In this document: one piece after another, positions 16,277 through 25,209 of the stretch
Numbering within the stretch: position 1 is the first letter of the stretch
How the letters are laid out: each line of letters starts with the position of its first letter
Assembly: GCA_963676105.1 (NCBI GenBank)
Contig: OY781039.1
Coordinates: forward strand, 150,001 to 182,000
Length of the DNA: 32,000 bases
Direction of reading: 5' to 3'
DNA from: Erysipelotrichaceae bacterium
GTDB taxonomy: Bacteria > Bacillota_I > Bacilli_A > Erysipelotrichales > Erysipelotrichaceae
Notes under the pieces: model-generated
Database searches by the model: none
The model's input: the letters and a program-made list of their open reading frames with translations, nothing else
Told to the model about the DNA's origin: nothing
Position numbers and translations under genes: made by a program

Positions 16277-17551
16277 TTAATTCTCTTCTTCAATTGTAAG
16301 TGAAATATTTACTTTTTGACAGTCTTCAAAGAAAGCTGGGTATGATTTGTTTACACATTCAGCACCATTAATAATTGTGCTTGAGTTAGAACATGTTCCA
16401 GCTACTGTCAAAGCCATCGCAATACGATGATCTTTATGACCTAATAATTCACTGTTACATGTCAAATCTTTTGAGCCTTTAATAAATAATTCATCTTCCG
16501 TAGCTTTTACTTCAATACCAAATTTATTTAATTCTTCCTGCATAGAAATGATACGATCAGATTCTTTAAGTCTTAATCTTCCAGCATTGAAAATATGCGT
16601 TTCACCTTCAGCGTAAGATGCGACAACAGTAAGAATCGGTCCTAAATCAGGACAATTACTTAAATCAATTTCAGTTGCTTCGAGATTTGACGCTTTTACA
16701 TGATAGCCATTTTCAATTTCAGCAATGTTAGATCCCATGCGTTTTAAGATGTCTAAGATTTCTTTATCACCTTGTAGTGAGTCATGTCTCATTCCTAAAA
16801 TATCAAGTTCACCTTTAATTGAGGCAAGGGTCGCAAAAAAAGCAAATTGTGAGAAATCACCTTCAACAGTGTATTCACGAGCTTTATAGCTTTGGTTTCC
16901 TTTAACACTTAATGTCAAATCATCAACAAAGTTTAATTCAACGCCAAAATCGGCTAATGTTTGAAGGGTTAAATCAACATAGGATTTTGATTCAAAAGGT
17001 GGATTAATTTTAATTGTAGAATCACCATTTAATAATGGTAGGGTAAATAATAAACCAGTGATAAATTGAGAACTCACATCACCATCAATGACATATTCTC
17101 CTGCACTTAGCGCACCATCTAATGTAATTCTTTCTGTTGTATGCGAAAAAGGAATAGCTCTTTCTTCAAAGAGTTTTTCGTAGATGTTTTGTGGACGATG
17201 AAGTAAACGATTACGCCCGACAAAAGTGACTTTCTCATTAGCAAGTGAAAAGAGGGGAATTAAAAATCGTAATGTTGAACCTGACTCAATACAATCTATT
17301 TCAGAGGTTTTCATTTTAATCTGATTTTTTACACCATCAATATGAAGCGTTTTACCTTCTCTTAAAATATTTGCTCCGACACTTTCCATTGCATTAATGG
17401 TCGCAAACATATCATCAGATGTATCGATATTGTGTACTGTACTATGTCCATCTGCTAAACATGCACAAATGATTGCACGATGGGCAATACTTTTAGATGG
17501 TGGTATCGTTACAGTACCTTGTGGAAGTGAAGGCTTAATATAAGCTTTCAT
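16277..17551 (-). CDS. aroA: 3-phosphoshikimate 1-carboxyvinyltransferase (EPSP synthase), 424 aa
   Basis: N-terminal IPPSKSIAHRA motif, a typical length and operon context. Its ATG overlaps the upstream stop by 1 nt (TAATG). Confidence 0.9.
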   Translation of the reverse strand: MKAYIKPSLPQGTVTIPPSKSIAHRAIICACLADGHSTVHNIDTSDDMFATINAMESVGANILREGKTLHIDGVKNQIKMKTSEIDCIESGSTLRFLIPLFSLANEKVTFVGRNRLLHRPQNIYEKLFEERAIPFSHTTERITLDGALSAGEYVIDGDVSSQFITGLLFTLPLLNGDSTIKINPPFESKSYVDLTLQTLADFGVELNFVDDLTLSVKGNQSYKAREYTVEGDFSQFAFFATLASIKGELDILGMRHDSLQGDKEILDILKRMGSNIAEIENGYHVKASNLEATEIDLSNCPDLGPILTVVASYAEGETHIFNAGRLRLKESDRIISMQEELNKFGIEVKATEDELFIKGSKDLTCNSELLGHKDHRIAMALTVAGTCSNSSTIINGAECVNKSYPAFFEDCQKVNISLTIEEEN

Positions 17552-18567
17552 TACATATCTCGGCCAATAACTTTGGCGATTTGTTTACCTTTAGTAATAA
17601 TATCTTCAAACATTTTTGGTGTCACGGTTTGTTCACCATCAGACCATGCATTTTCAGGGTCTTCATGAACTTCAATGATTAAACCATCACAACCTGCCGC
17701 AATGGCCGCTAAAGCAATTGGTTCAACTAAATCTCTATAACCTGTCGCATGTGAAGGATCAATCACAATAGGTAAGTGCGTGCGTGCTTTAATAATTGGA
17801 ACTACGCTTAAATCTAAAGTGTTACGTGTATATTTTTCAAAGGTACGAATCCCACGCTCACATAATATGACGTTAGGATTTCCTTCAGACATGATATATT
17901 CGGCGGACATAATCCATTCCTCAATCGTATTAGAAAAACCGCGTTTAAGAAGAATTGGTTTTTTCGTTTTACCAATTGCTTTGAGTAAATCAAAGTTTTG
18001 CATATTACGCGCACCAATTTGAATTAAATCAACGTTCTCAATAAATTCATCGAGTTTATCAGCACTCATCAGTTCGGAAACGACTGGTAAATGCGTTTTT
18101 TGTTTAGCCTCATTCATCCAATCTAAACCAATTTTGCCATTACCTTGGAAAGAGTATGGGGAAGTACGAGGTTTATAAGCTCCACCACGTAACATATCAC
18201 CACCTGCTGCTTTAACTTTATCAGCGATAGAAATCGTATTGTCATGTGTTTCAATTGAACAAGGTCCACCAATAATCACGATTTTTTCTTTACCACCAAC
18301 TTTTACTCCGGCTACATCAACCACTGTATCTTCAGGGTGAAATAAACGATTTGCTTTTTTATATGGTGCTGAAATACGACGTACTTCATCCACCCATTGA
18401 TGAGCTAAAATTTGATTTGGATCAATCGCAGTTGTATCACCAACTAAACCTAGAATTGTGTAATCTTTCCCTTGAGATAGATGTACCTGACAGCCTTTTT
18501 CTTTAATAAATGCTTCCATTTTCTGAATTTCAGATTGTGGACAGCCTTTTTTCATCGATATAATCAT
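17551..18567 (-). CDS. aroF: 3-deoxy-7-phosphoheptulonate (DAHP) synthase, type I-beta with N-terminal ferredoxin-like regulatory domain, paralog 2 in transcription order
   Basis: 338 aa. Aligns with the Thermotoga-type DAHPS pattern (MIxxxKxG..., GPCSIE, LRGGAYKPRTSPYSFQG, IGARN, LLKRG, CERGIRTFE, DPSH). Confidence 0.9.
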   Translation of the reverse strand: MIISMKKGCPQSEIQKMEAFIKEKGCQVHLSQGKDYTILGLVGDTTAIDPNQILAHQWVDEVRRISAPYKKANRLFHPEDTVVDVAGVKVGGKEKIVIIGGPCSIETHDNTISIADKVKAAGGDMLRGGAYKPRTSPYSFQGNGKIGLDWMNEAKQKTHLPVVSELMSADKLDEFIENVDLIQIGARNMQNFDLLKAIGKTKKPILLKRGFSNTIEEWIMSAEYIMSEGNPNVILCERGIRTFEKYTRNTLDLSVVPIIKARTHLPIVIDPSHATGYRDLVEPIALAAIAAGCDGLIIEVHEDPENAWSDGEQTVTPKMFEDIITKGKQIAKVIGRDM

Positions 18568-18586
18568 AAGTTTTTTCCTCTTTTAT

Positions 18587-19603
18587 TTACATTTTTCTGC
18601 CGATAACTTCAGCAATCTTACGTCCCTTATTAATAATGTCTTCAAACATTTCAGGGGTAACTGTTTGTTCACCATCAGACCAGGCATTTTCAGGGTCTTC
18701 GTGAACTTCGATAATTAAACCATCTGCACCAGCTGCGATTGCCGCTAAAGCAATTGGTTCAACAAGTCTTCTATAACCAGTTGCGTGGGATGGATCGATC
18801 ACAATAGGTAAGTGAGTTCTTTCCTTAATAATAGGAACAACACTTAAATCTAAAGTATTACGGGTGTATTTTTCAAAGGTACGAATACCACGCTCACATA
18901 AAATAACATTTGGATTACCATTAGCCATAATATATTCAGCAGACATAATCCACTCTTCAATGGTATTTGAAAAACCACGTTTTAATAAAACAGGTTTTTG
19001 AGTTTTCCCAACCGCTTTGAGTAAATCAAAGTTTTGCATATTACGGGCACCAATTTGAATAAGGTCTACATTTTCGACAAATTCTTCAAGTTTATCAACA
19101 GCCATAAGCTCTGATACAACTGGAAGTTTTGTTTGAGCTTTTGCTTCATTCATCCAATCTAAACCTACTTTACCATTCCCTTGGAATGAGTATGGTGAAG
19201 TACGAGGTTTATAAGCACCACCTCGTAACATATCGCCACCAGCATCTTTAACTCGTTTCGCGACTGAAATTGTATTATCGTGAGTTTCAATTGAACATGG
19301 TCCTCCAATAATGACAATTTTCTCCTGTCCACCAACTCTAACACCTGCAACATCTACAACAGTATCTTCAGGGTGGAATAAACGGTTAGCTTTTTTATAT
19401 GGAGCAGATACTCGTTGAACATTTTCAACATTGTGATGCGCCATAATGTTATTTGGATCAATAACGGTTGTATCACCAATTAATCCAATAATGCTTTGAT
19501 TTTCACCGAAAATGATTTGAGTTTGTAAACCCAAACTTTCAGCATAATCCGCCATTTTAATGACTTCTTCTTTTGGCGTTCCTTTTTTCATTGATATAAT
19601 CAT
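18587..19603 (-). CDS. aroF: 3-deoxy-7-phosphoheptulonate (DAHP) synthase, type I-beta with N-terminal ferredoxin-like regulatory domain, paralog 1 in transcription order
   Basis: 338 aa with the same motifs as the adjacent copy. The catalytic barrel is nearly identical and the N-terminal ~65 aa are diverged. Confidence 0.9.
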   Translation of the reverse strand: MIISMKKGTPKEEVIKMADYAESLGLQTQIIFGENQSIIGLIGDTTVIDPNNIMAHHNVENVQRVSAPYKKANRLFHPEDTVVDVAGVRVGGQEKIVIIGGPCSIETHDNTISVAKRVKDAGGDMLRGGAYKPRTSPYSFQGNGKVGLDWMNEAKAQTKLPVVSELMAVDKLEEFVENVDLIQIGARNMQNFDLLKAVGKTQKPVLLKRGFSNTIEEWIMSAEYIMANGNPNVILCERGIRTFEKYTRNTLDLSVVPIIKERTHLPIVIDPSHATGYRRLVEPIALAAIAAGADGLIIEVHEDPENAWSDGEQTVTPEMFEDIINKGRKIAEVIGRKM

Positions 19604-19608
19604 AAATT

Positions 19609-20046
19609 TTATCTCTTTTCTAATGTTTCTTTTAAGTAAACTAAGGCTGATTTATAGCCTTCAATACCTTCACCCGCAAAGGTTTTAAGACAAGCAAGTC
19701 CTGCATAGGATACATGTCTAAATTCTTCGCGTTGATAAATATCAGATAGATGAACTTCAATACATGGTAAGCCAACTGCTTTTAAAGCATCTAGTATTCC
19801 AATACTGGTATGCGTATAAGCAGCAGGATTAATAATAATCCCATCAAACACTTGATAAGCAGATTGAATCTTATCAATAAGTGCACCTTCATGGTTACTT
19901 TGATAAACTTCAATTTCAATATCATAATCAATCGCAGTTGATTGAACAAATTGTACTAAGTCTTGATAGGTTGTTTTCCCATATATTTCAGGTTCTCTAA
20001 TTCCTAACATATTTAAGTTGGGTCCATTAATGATTAAAAATTTCAT
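19609..20046 (-). CDS. aroQ: Type II 3-dehydroquinate dehydratase, 145 aa
   Basis: MKFLIINGPNLNMLGIREPEIYG is the classic AroQ N-terminus. AAGGAG SD. Overlaps the 3' end of the upstream aroE/aroK fusion by 20 nt. Confidence 0.9.
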   Translation of the reverse strand: MKFLIINGPNLNMLGIREPEIYGKTTYQDLVQFVQSTAIDYDIEIEVYQSNHEGALIDKIQSAYQVFDGIIINPAAYTHTSIGILDALKAVGLPCIEVHLSDIYQREEFRHVSYAGLACLKTFAGEGIEGYKSALVYLKETLEKR

Positions 20047-21277
20047 TGAATTTCTCCTTTATTTGACTGATGGCACTCTCAATATCCGAATTGTTTTCAA
20101 TTGTGATATGAGCTGCCTGTATATAGAGTGGATATCTCTTTTCATACATCGTTTTTAGAGCTTCCATATCTTTTGATAGTGGACGATGACCTTTTGTTTC
20201 TAATTGGTCAAGTTTACGATTGATGTAGAAAATAATTCCATTTTGTTGAAGTGCTCGAACATTGGCAGGGTTAAGGATACTACCACCACCGGTTGCGATC
20301 ACTAAGTTGGTTTGTTTACTTGTACTTAGGACAGCTTCATGTTCGAGTGACCTAAAGTAAGGTTCTCCATATTCCTTAAAGATTTCAGGAATACTAGCTT
20401 GTGCGTTCGTCTCAATGACTTCATCAATATCGATGAATTTTTTATTAAAGATTTTGCTTAACTCTAAACCAATCGTGGATTTGCCAGAACTTGGCATACC
20501 TATTAATACAATGTTTTGATAATCCTTGAGTAGGTTTTGATAGATAGGAAGAATCAGATCATCATCTAAGACTTTATCTAAAAATTTATCTGCCGCAAAT
20601 TTAGCTTGTGCCACTAACATGAGTAAACCATTTGCGGTTTTAATATTTTTAGCTTCAGCTTGAAGGATTAGGTTTGTTTTAAGTGGATTATAAATCACGT
20701 CTACACATGCTTCCAATTGTTTAAAGTTTTCTAAATCAATTGGGCTCATTTCATTATTGGGATACATCCCACTAGGGGTCGCATTGATAATGACTTGAGT
20801 GTTCATTTTTGTTAATGCAGTTTCATAATCAATAAAATTTCCATGTGCTTTACGCGAAACAATAAATACAGATTTTGCTTCTAGACTTTCACAAACAGCT
20901 TGTATGGTTTTTGAAGTCCCACCAGTTCCTAAAATCATAACGTGTTTATCTTTTAAGGAAATATTATTCACTTTAAGTGAATAGATAAAACCATAATAAT
21001 CTGTGTTATAAGCAATGAGTTTTCCATTTTTATTAACGATGGTATTAGATGCCCCAATTTTTTGAACAGATTCATCAAGTTCATCACAATAAGGAATGAC
21101 GGTTTGCTTATAAGGAATTGTTACATTGACCGCATTAAATGTCTTTTCAGTCATAAATGTATCCAATTCATCGATTGACATTGGCAATAAATCATATTGA
21201 TAATAGCCAAATTGTTCGTGTATACCTTTGGAAAAACTATGGGATAGCTTTTCACCAATTAGTCCATATATTGCCAT
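20027..21277 (-). CDS. aroE/aroK: Bifunctional shikimate dehydrogenase / shikimate kinase fusion, 416 aa
   Basis: The N-terminal ~250 aa have AroE motifs (GLIGEKLSHSFS, NVTIPYK, NTD, ILGTGGTSK). The C-terminal ~165 aa have AroK motifs (LIGMPSSGKSTIG Walker A, DID, GEPYFRSLE, TGGG). AGGAGG SD. Confidence 0.9.
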   Translation of the reverse strand: MAIYGLIGEKLSHSFSKGIHEQFGYYQYDLLPMSIDELDTFMTEKTFNAVNVTIPYKQTVIPYCDELDESVQKIGASNTIVNKNGKLIAYNTDYYGFIYSLKVNNISLKDKHVMILGTGGTSKTIQAVCESLEAKSVFIVSRKAHGNFIDYETALTKMNTQVIINATPSGMYPNNEMSPIDLENFKQLEACVDVIYNPLKTNLILQAEAKNIKTANGLLMLVAQAKFAADKFLDKVLDDDLILPIYQNLLKDYQNIVLIGMPSSGKSTIGLELSKIFNKKFIDIDEVIETNAQASIPEIFKEYGEPYFRSLEHEAVLSTSKQTNLVIATGGGSILNPANVRALQQNGIIFYINRKLDQLETKGHRPLSKDMEALKTMYEKRYPLYIQAAHITIENNSDIESAISQIKEKFNEIFNH

Positions 21278-21294
21278 ATGTCCTCCTTTTTAAA

Positions 21295-22398
21295 TTATTT
21301 TTGTGTCATCCACATGTAACCATAACGTTCAGCAAATAAGTCGACTAAACCAATCGCAATCATTGAGTCAACGACAACACGTGCTCTATGAATAATCGCT
21401 GGATCATGTCTTCCTTCAATTTGTAGAAGGGTATTTTCATGTGTTTGAATATTAACTGTTTCTTGTTTCTTATAAATTGATGAGGTTGGCTTAACCACTG
21501 ATTTAATCACTATTGGCATACCATTAGAGATGCCACCATTGATACCACCCATATGATTAGTCTTTGTTTTAACACCATCATCGTAAACAAATGGATCATT
21601 GGATTCTGATCCTTGCATATTCACTAAATCAAAGCCTGAACCAAATTCAATACCTTTGATGGCAGGGATTGAATAAATAAGTTGAGCTAGTCTACTTTCG
21701 ATTGAATTAAAGAAAGGTTCACCAATACCGGCTGGCATATTGAGTACAACTGATTCTAAGATACCACCAATACTATCGCCAACTGACTGCATCGTTTCAA
21801 TTCGTGAGACCATTTCAGTTTCGACTTCAGTATTTAATGTAGGGAAGTATTTGAGCGATAAGTCTTTGAGTTGTTTTTCTAAAACTTTTTCATCATTTGA
21901 GAAAGCTTCATCATGAATATCAGCTAATTGAGTGATATGAGTACCAATAACAATCCCTTTAGATTCTAAGATTTGGGTGCAGATCGCACCTGCCGCCACA
22001 AGTGGTGCAGTAATTCTACCAGAGAAGTGACCTCCACCACGATAATCTTGGAAACCTTGATATTTCACATGAGCTGTGTAATCAGCGTGTGATGGTCTCA
22101 TGAGATCTTTTGTTTTTTCATAATCTTTAGAATGTTGGCTTTTGTTTTCAATAATGATACTTAAAGGTGTACCAGTGGTATAACCGTTAAAATAACCACT
22201 TAAGATTCTAAACTCATCGGCTTCATGTCTTTGAGTTGATATTTTACCTTTAGGCTTACGTAGGTTTAATTTGGCGCGCACTAGATCTAAATCAAGTTCT
22301 ATCCCAGGTGCTAAGCCATCAATGACAACACCTATACCATCTGAATGAGATTCGCCAAATAGACTGATATGTAAGTTTTTTCCGAAACTGCTTTTCAT
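21295..22398 (-). CDS. aroC: Chorismate synthase, 367 aa
   Basis: FGESHS motif near the N-terminus, an RPSHAD motif and a typical length. AAGGAG SD. Confidence 0.9.
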   Translation of the reverse strand: MKSSFGKNLHISLFGESHSDGIGVVIDGLAPGIELDLDLVRAKLNLRKPKGKISTQRHEADEFRILSGYFNGYTTGTPLSIIIENKSQHSKDYEKTKDLMRPSHADYTAHVKYQGFQDYRGGGHFSGRITAPLVAAGAICTQILESKGIVIGTHITQLADIHDEAFSNDEKVLEKQLKDLSLKYFPTLNTEVETEMVSRIETMQSVGDSIGGILESVVLNMPAGIGEPFFNSIESRLAQLIYSIPAIKGIEFGSGFDLVNMQGSESNDPFVYDDGVKTKTNHMGGINGGISNGMPIVIKSVVKPTSSIYKKQETVNIQTHENTLLQIEGRHDPAIIHRARVVVDSMIAIGLVDLFAERYGYMWMTQK

Positions 22399-22410
22399 AA
22401 TTGGTCTCCT

Positions 22411-23418
22411 TTAGAGTTTTGCGATATAGGATTTGAGTTCTTCAAATTCAATATCTTTGAGTTCTGCTTTGCCACAATGTTTTACAGTGACAACAGTGAT
22501 ATTATTCTTAGTTGCTTTTTTATCCTTCAACATTAGTTGATAAATAGTATCTGAATCAAATTCAACAGAAGTTTTTAGACCCATTTTTTCATAAACTTTG
22601 ATGACTCGCTGTTTTAGATTTTCATCCTCCAACATCGCCAAACTACCAATCGCAACACATTCGCCATGATAGAGTTCACTTAAGTTATAGTAACTTTCAA
22701 TCGCATGACCTATGGTATGTCCAAAGTTTAAGATTTTACGTAAGTTTTGTTCTTTCTCATCGATTTGAACCACTTCTTTTTTAACTTGTAAAGCACGAAT
22801 AATAATTTCTTCTAAATGGTCCAGATAATTATCTTCTTCAAAAAGTTCAAAGAGTTTTTTATCATAGATTAATCCAGCTTTAACGGCTTCAACTAAGCCA
22901 GCCATTAGATGTCTTTGAGGTAAAGACTTAAGGGTGTCTGTATCAATAAAGACCATTTTAGGATGATAGAAGGCACCGACAATGTTTTTAACTTTATCGA
23001 CATTAATTGCTACTTTACCACCAATACTACTATCAATTTGTGATAGAGATGTCGTTGGGATTGAAATGAAATCAATGCCTCTCATATATGTCGCAGCTAC
23101 AAAACCTGATAAATCACCGATAACACCTCCACCTAAAGCAATGATAAGATCTTTGCGCGTGAATTTTAGTTCTAAGAGTTTTTTAAGTAGCGTTTCATAG
23201 ACTTCAAAACTTTTTGCACCTTCACCTTGATCAACAATGTGATAGTATGCATTTTCGCATTGGGAAAGAAGGGTATCTAAATAAGTTTTTGGTACACCAG
23301 TGTCTGTGATAATAAAAATGTTTCTCTGTAAATTAACATAACGAGAAACATTGTTTAGACAACCCGGTTCGATAAGAATATCGTAATCTGTGTGAGTTAA
23401 GTTGATGTTTAGTTTCAT
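22411..23418 (-). CDS. aroB: 3-dehydroquinate synthase, 335 aa
   Basis: GGGVIGDLSGF nucleotide-binding motif and the metal-binding region LNFGHTIGHAIE. The start lies 1 nt after the pheA stop. Confidence 0.9.
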   Translation of the reverse strand: MKLNINLTHTDYDILIEPGCLNNVSRYVNLQRNIFIITDTGVPKTYLDTLLSQCENAYYHIVDQGEGAKSFEVYETLLKKLLELKFTRKDLIIALGGGVIGDLSGFVAATYMRGIDFISIPTTSLSQIDSSIGGKVAINVDKVKNIVGAFYHPKMVFIDTDTLKSLPQRHLMAGLVEAVKAGLIYDKKLFELFEEDNYLDHLEEIIIRALQVKKEVVQIDEKEQNLRKILNFGHTIGHAIESYYNLSELYHGECVAIGSLAMLEDENLKQRVIKVYEKMGLKTSVEFDSDTIYQLMLKDKKATKNNITVVTVKHCGKAELKDIEFEELKSYIAKL

Positions 23419-23419
23419 G

Positions 23420-24505
23420 TTAATTTTCCTGCTTCGTATAAGAGCCTAGATATCTAAAGTCTTGGCAATATCGGCTAAAGTCTTCAAACAATGCAAAAGC
23501 TTCATCGCTTTGACGACTTCCTTCTAATGCAACGTAAAAGTAATATTTCCAAGGTTGGTTATGAATTGCGCGTGATTTTAAATTTTCCATGTTAAAACCA
23601 TGCTCACTAATCGCATTGATAACTTTAGCGAGTGAACCTGCGTGGTGATCTGTAGTAAAGATAAATGACATACGATTACCTTCGTCTGATCCCTTTTTAG
23701 AAATCACAATAAAACGGGTTGTATTATCTTCAGATGTATTTATATTTTTAACTAGCACGTCCAAGTTATAAAGTTCAGCAGTCTCTAATGATGCGACAGC
23801 AGCTTTAGATTTATCATTTGTTTCACTAACAAACTTAGCCGCTAGTGCTGTATTAGGATACGGAATGAGTTCAACGGGGTACATGCTTAAGAAATGTTTA
23901 GATTGATTTAGTGCTTGTTCATGTGAGTAAACTTGTTTAATATCTTTAATGTCTGCGCCTTTTACAGCTAATAAATTTTGATCAATTTTTAAATCATAAA
24001 TATCACTAATCATGACATCATATTTATATAGTAGGTCTAAAACTTCGCCGACTTCACCAGTGTATGAATTTTCAAAAGGCAAAACTGCTTTTTCGACTTC
24101 ATCATTTAAAACAGCCAAAACGACTTCTTCAAAAGTTTTATAAGACTTAACTTGTTGATCTTTAAATAATCGATTTAAAGCGATATGTGAGAAAGCACCT
24201 TCTGTTCCTTGAAAACCAATGACTTCTTTGGATGATAATTGATGCTGATGTTTGCGAGATAAGCTCATTAAATAAGTAATGAATTCAACATAAAAAGGCT
24301 CAAATTCTGCATGCTGAATATAAGCCTTATTTTTATCAATGACTTGTTTCTCGCGTGATGAATCTAAGACTTGAAGATTGTTAGCCATCTTGTAGGCAAC
24401 CACATCTTCTACAACTTGCATACGCTCTTCAAATAATCGAGCCATTTCTCGATCAATGATATCTATTTGAATGCGTGCTTCTTCAAGTGTCTTCATTTCA
24501 ATCAT
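23420..24505 (-). CDS. pheA: Bifunctional chorismate mutase / prephenate dehydratase (P-protein type, with C-terminal ACT-like region), 361 aa
   Basis: N-terminal CM_2 pattern (IDIIDREMARLFEERMQVV), then the PDT pattern (GFQGTEGAFSHIA ... TRF) and an ACT-like tail. It is the first gene of the operon. Confidence 0.85.
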   Translation of the reverse strand: MIEMKTLEEARIQIDIIDREMARLFEERMQVVEDVVAYKMANNLQVLDSSREKQVIDKNKAYIQHAEFEPFYVEFITYLMSLSRKHQHQLSSKEVIGFQGTEGAFSHIALNRLFKDQQVKSYKTFEEVVLAVLNDEVEKAVLPFENSYTGEVGEVLDLLYKYDVMISDIYDLKIDQNLLAVKGADIKDIKQVYSHEQALNQSKHFLSMYPVELIPYPNTALAAKFVSETNDKSKAAVASLETAELYNLDVLVKNINTSEDNTTRFIVISKKGSDEGNRMSFIFTTDHHAGSLAKVINAISEHGFNMENLKSRAIHNQPWKYYFYVALEGSRQSDEAFALFEDFSRYCQDFRYLGSYTKQEN

Positions 24506-24527
24506 TATTCCTTATTTGATTGTTAGA

Positions 24528-24536
24528 ATTATACCA
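24528..24536 (-). promoter_or_regulatory. Candidate extended -10 promoter (TGgTATAAT) of the aromatic amino acid operon
   Basis: The minus strand reads ttttaTGGTATAATtctaacaatcaaatAAGGAAtaATG. The -10 ends 22 nt before the pheA ATG, leaving room only for a short leader with an SD. Confidence 0.5.
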
Positions 24537-24708
24537 TAAAATGAAAAAAATACAGTTTTGTTTCTAAAAATTTTCATAAGTTTTCATATTCTGGACAAAT
24601 GACTCCATATCTTCGTCGTATCCATCTTTATTATACGCTTTGTTGTAGTCACTTTAATTGACTTTTAGATTTCAAAAATTCAAAGTAAAAACGAAAAGAG
24701 GGAAATCT

Positions 24709-25128
24709 ATGAAATTTGTGAAAAACGCTTTTGCTTATTTAATCTTTGGATTATTATCAGGTTTATATTTTAGAGAATTAACTCGTACATTAGATTTTGA
24801 AGGTTATACAGTGCTTTCAAGTTTACATACTCATGCGATTGTACTTGGAACTATGTTTTCCTTATTAATCCTTGTATTAGATAAAAATTATAATCTACAA
24901 AGTCGAATCAAATTTGATCTTGCTTGGATACTTTATGTCACTGGTGTTTGGTTTTTATTACTAATGAATACAATTAGAGGAACACTACAAGTTTTAAAAA
25001 CACAATTAAGTTCAAGTATGGATGGAATGATCGCTGGAATTGCTGGATTATCCCATATCTTATTAAGTGTAGCTCTTGTTTGGTTAATGTTAATTATCTA
25101 TCGATCTGTTAATGATGTAGAAAAATAA
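24709..25128 (+). CDS. DUF2871-like small integral membrane protein (4 TM), 139 aa
   Basis: The tracked ORF starts at TTG 24658, but ATG 24709 has a GAGGGA SD. The N-terminus MKFVKNAFAYLIFGLLSGLYFRELT and the HTH motif resemble DUF2871 family members from memory. Confidence 0.6.
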   Translation: MKFVKNAFAYLIFGLLSGLYFRELTRTLDFEGYTVLSSLHTHAIVLGTMFSLLILVLDKNYNLQSRIKFDLAWILYVTGVWFLLLMNTIRGTLQVLKTQLSSSMDGMIAGIAGLSHILLSVALVWLMLIIYRSVNDVEK

Positions 25129-25209
25129 AATAGACATATAAAGGACATATTTAAGCCACATTCATTATTTATACTTCATTTATGCTTAAGGCATGCAAGG
25201 AGAAAAATA

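Larger units (their letters stand above)
17551..19603 (-). repeat. Tandem gene duplication (period 1036 bp) of the DAHP synthase gene
   Basis: The two 1017-bp ORFs are colinear, with long identical nucleotide runs such as gtttgttcaccatcagacca, gccgctaaagcaattggttcaac and atcacaataggtaagtg. Confidence 0.9.
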
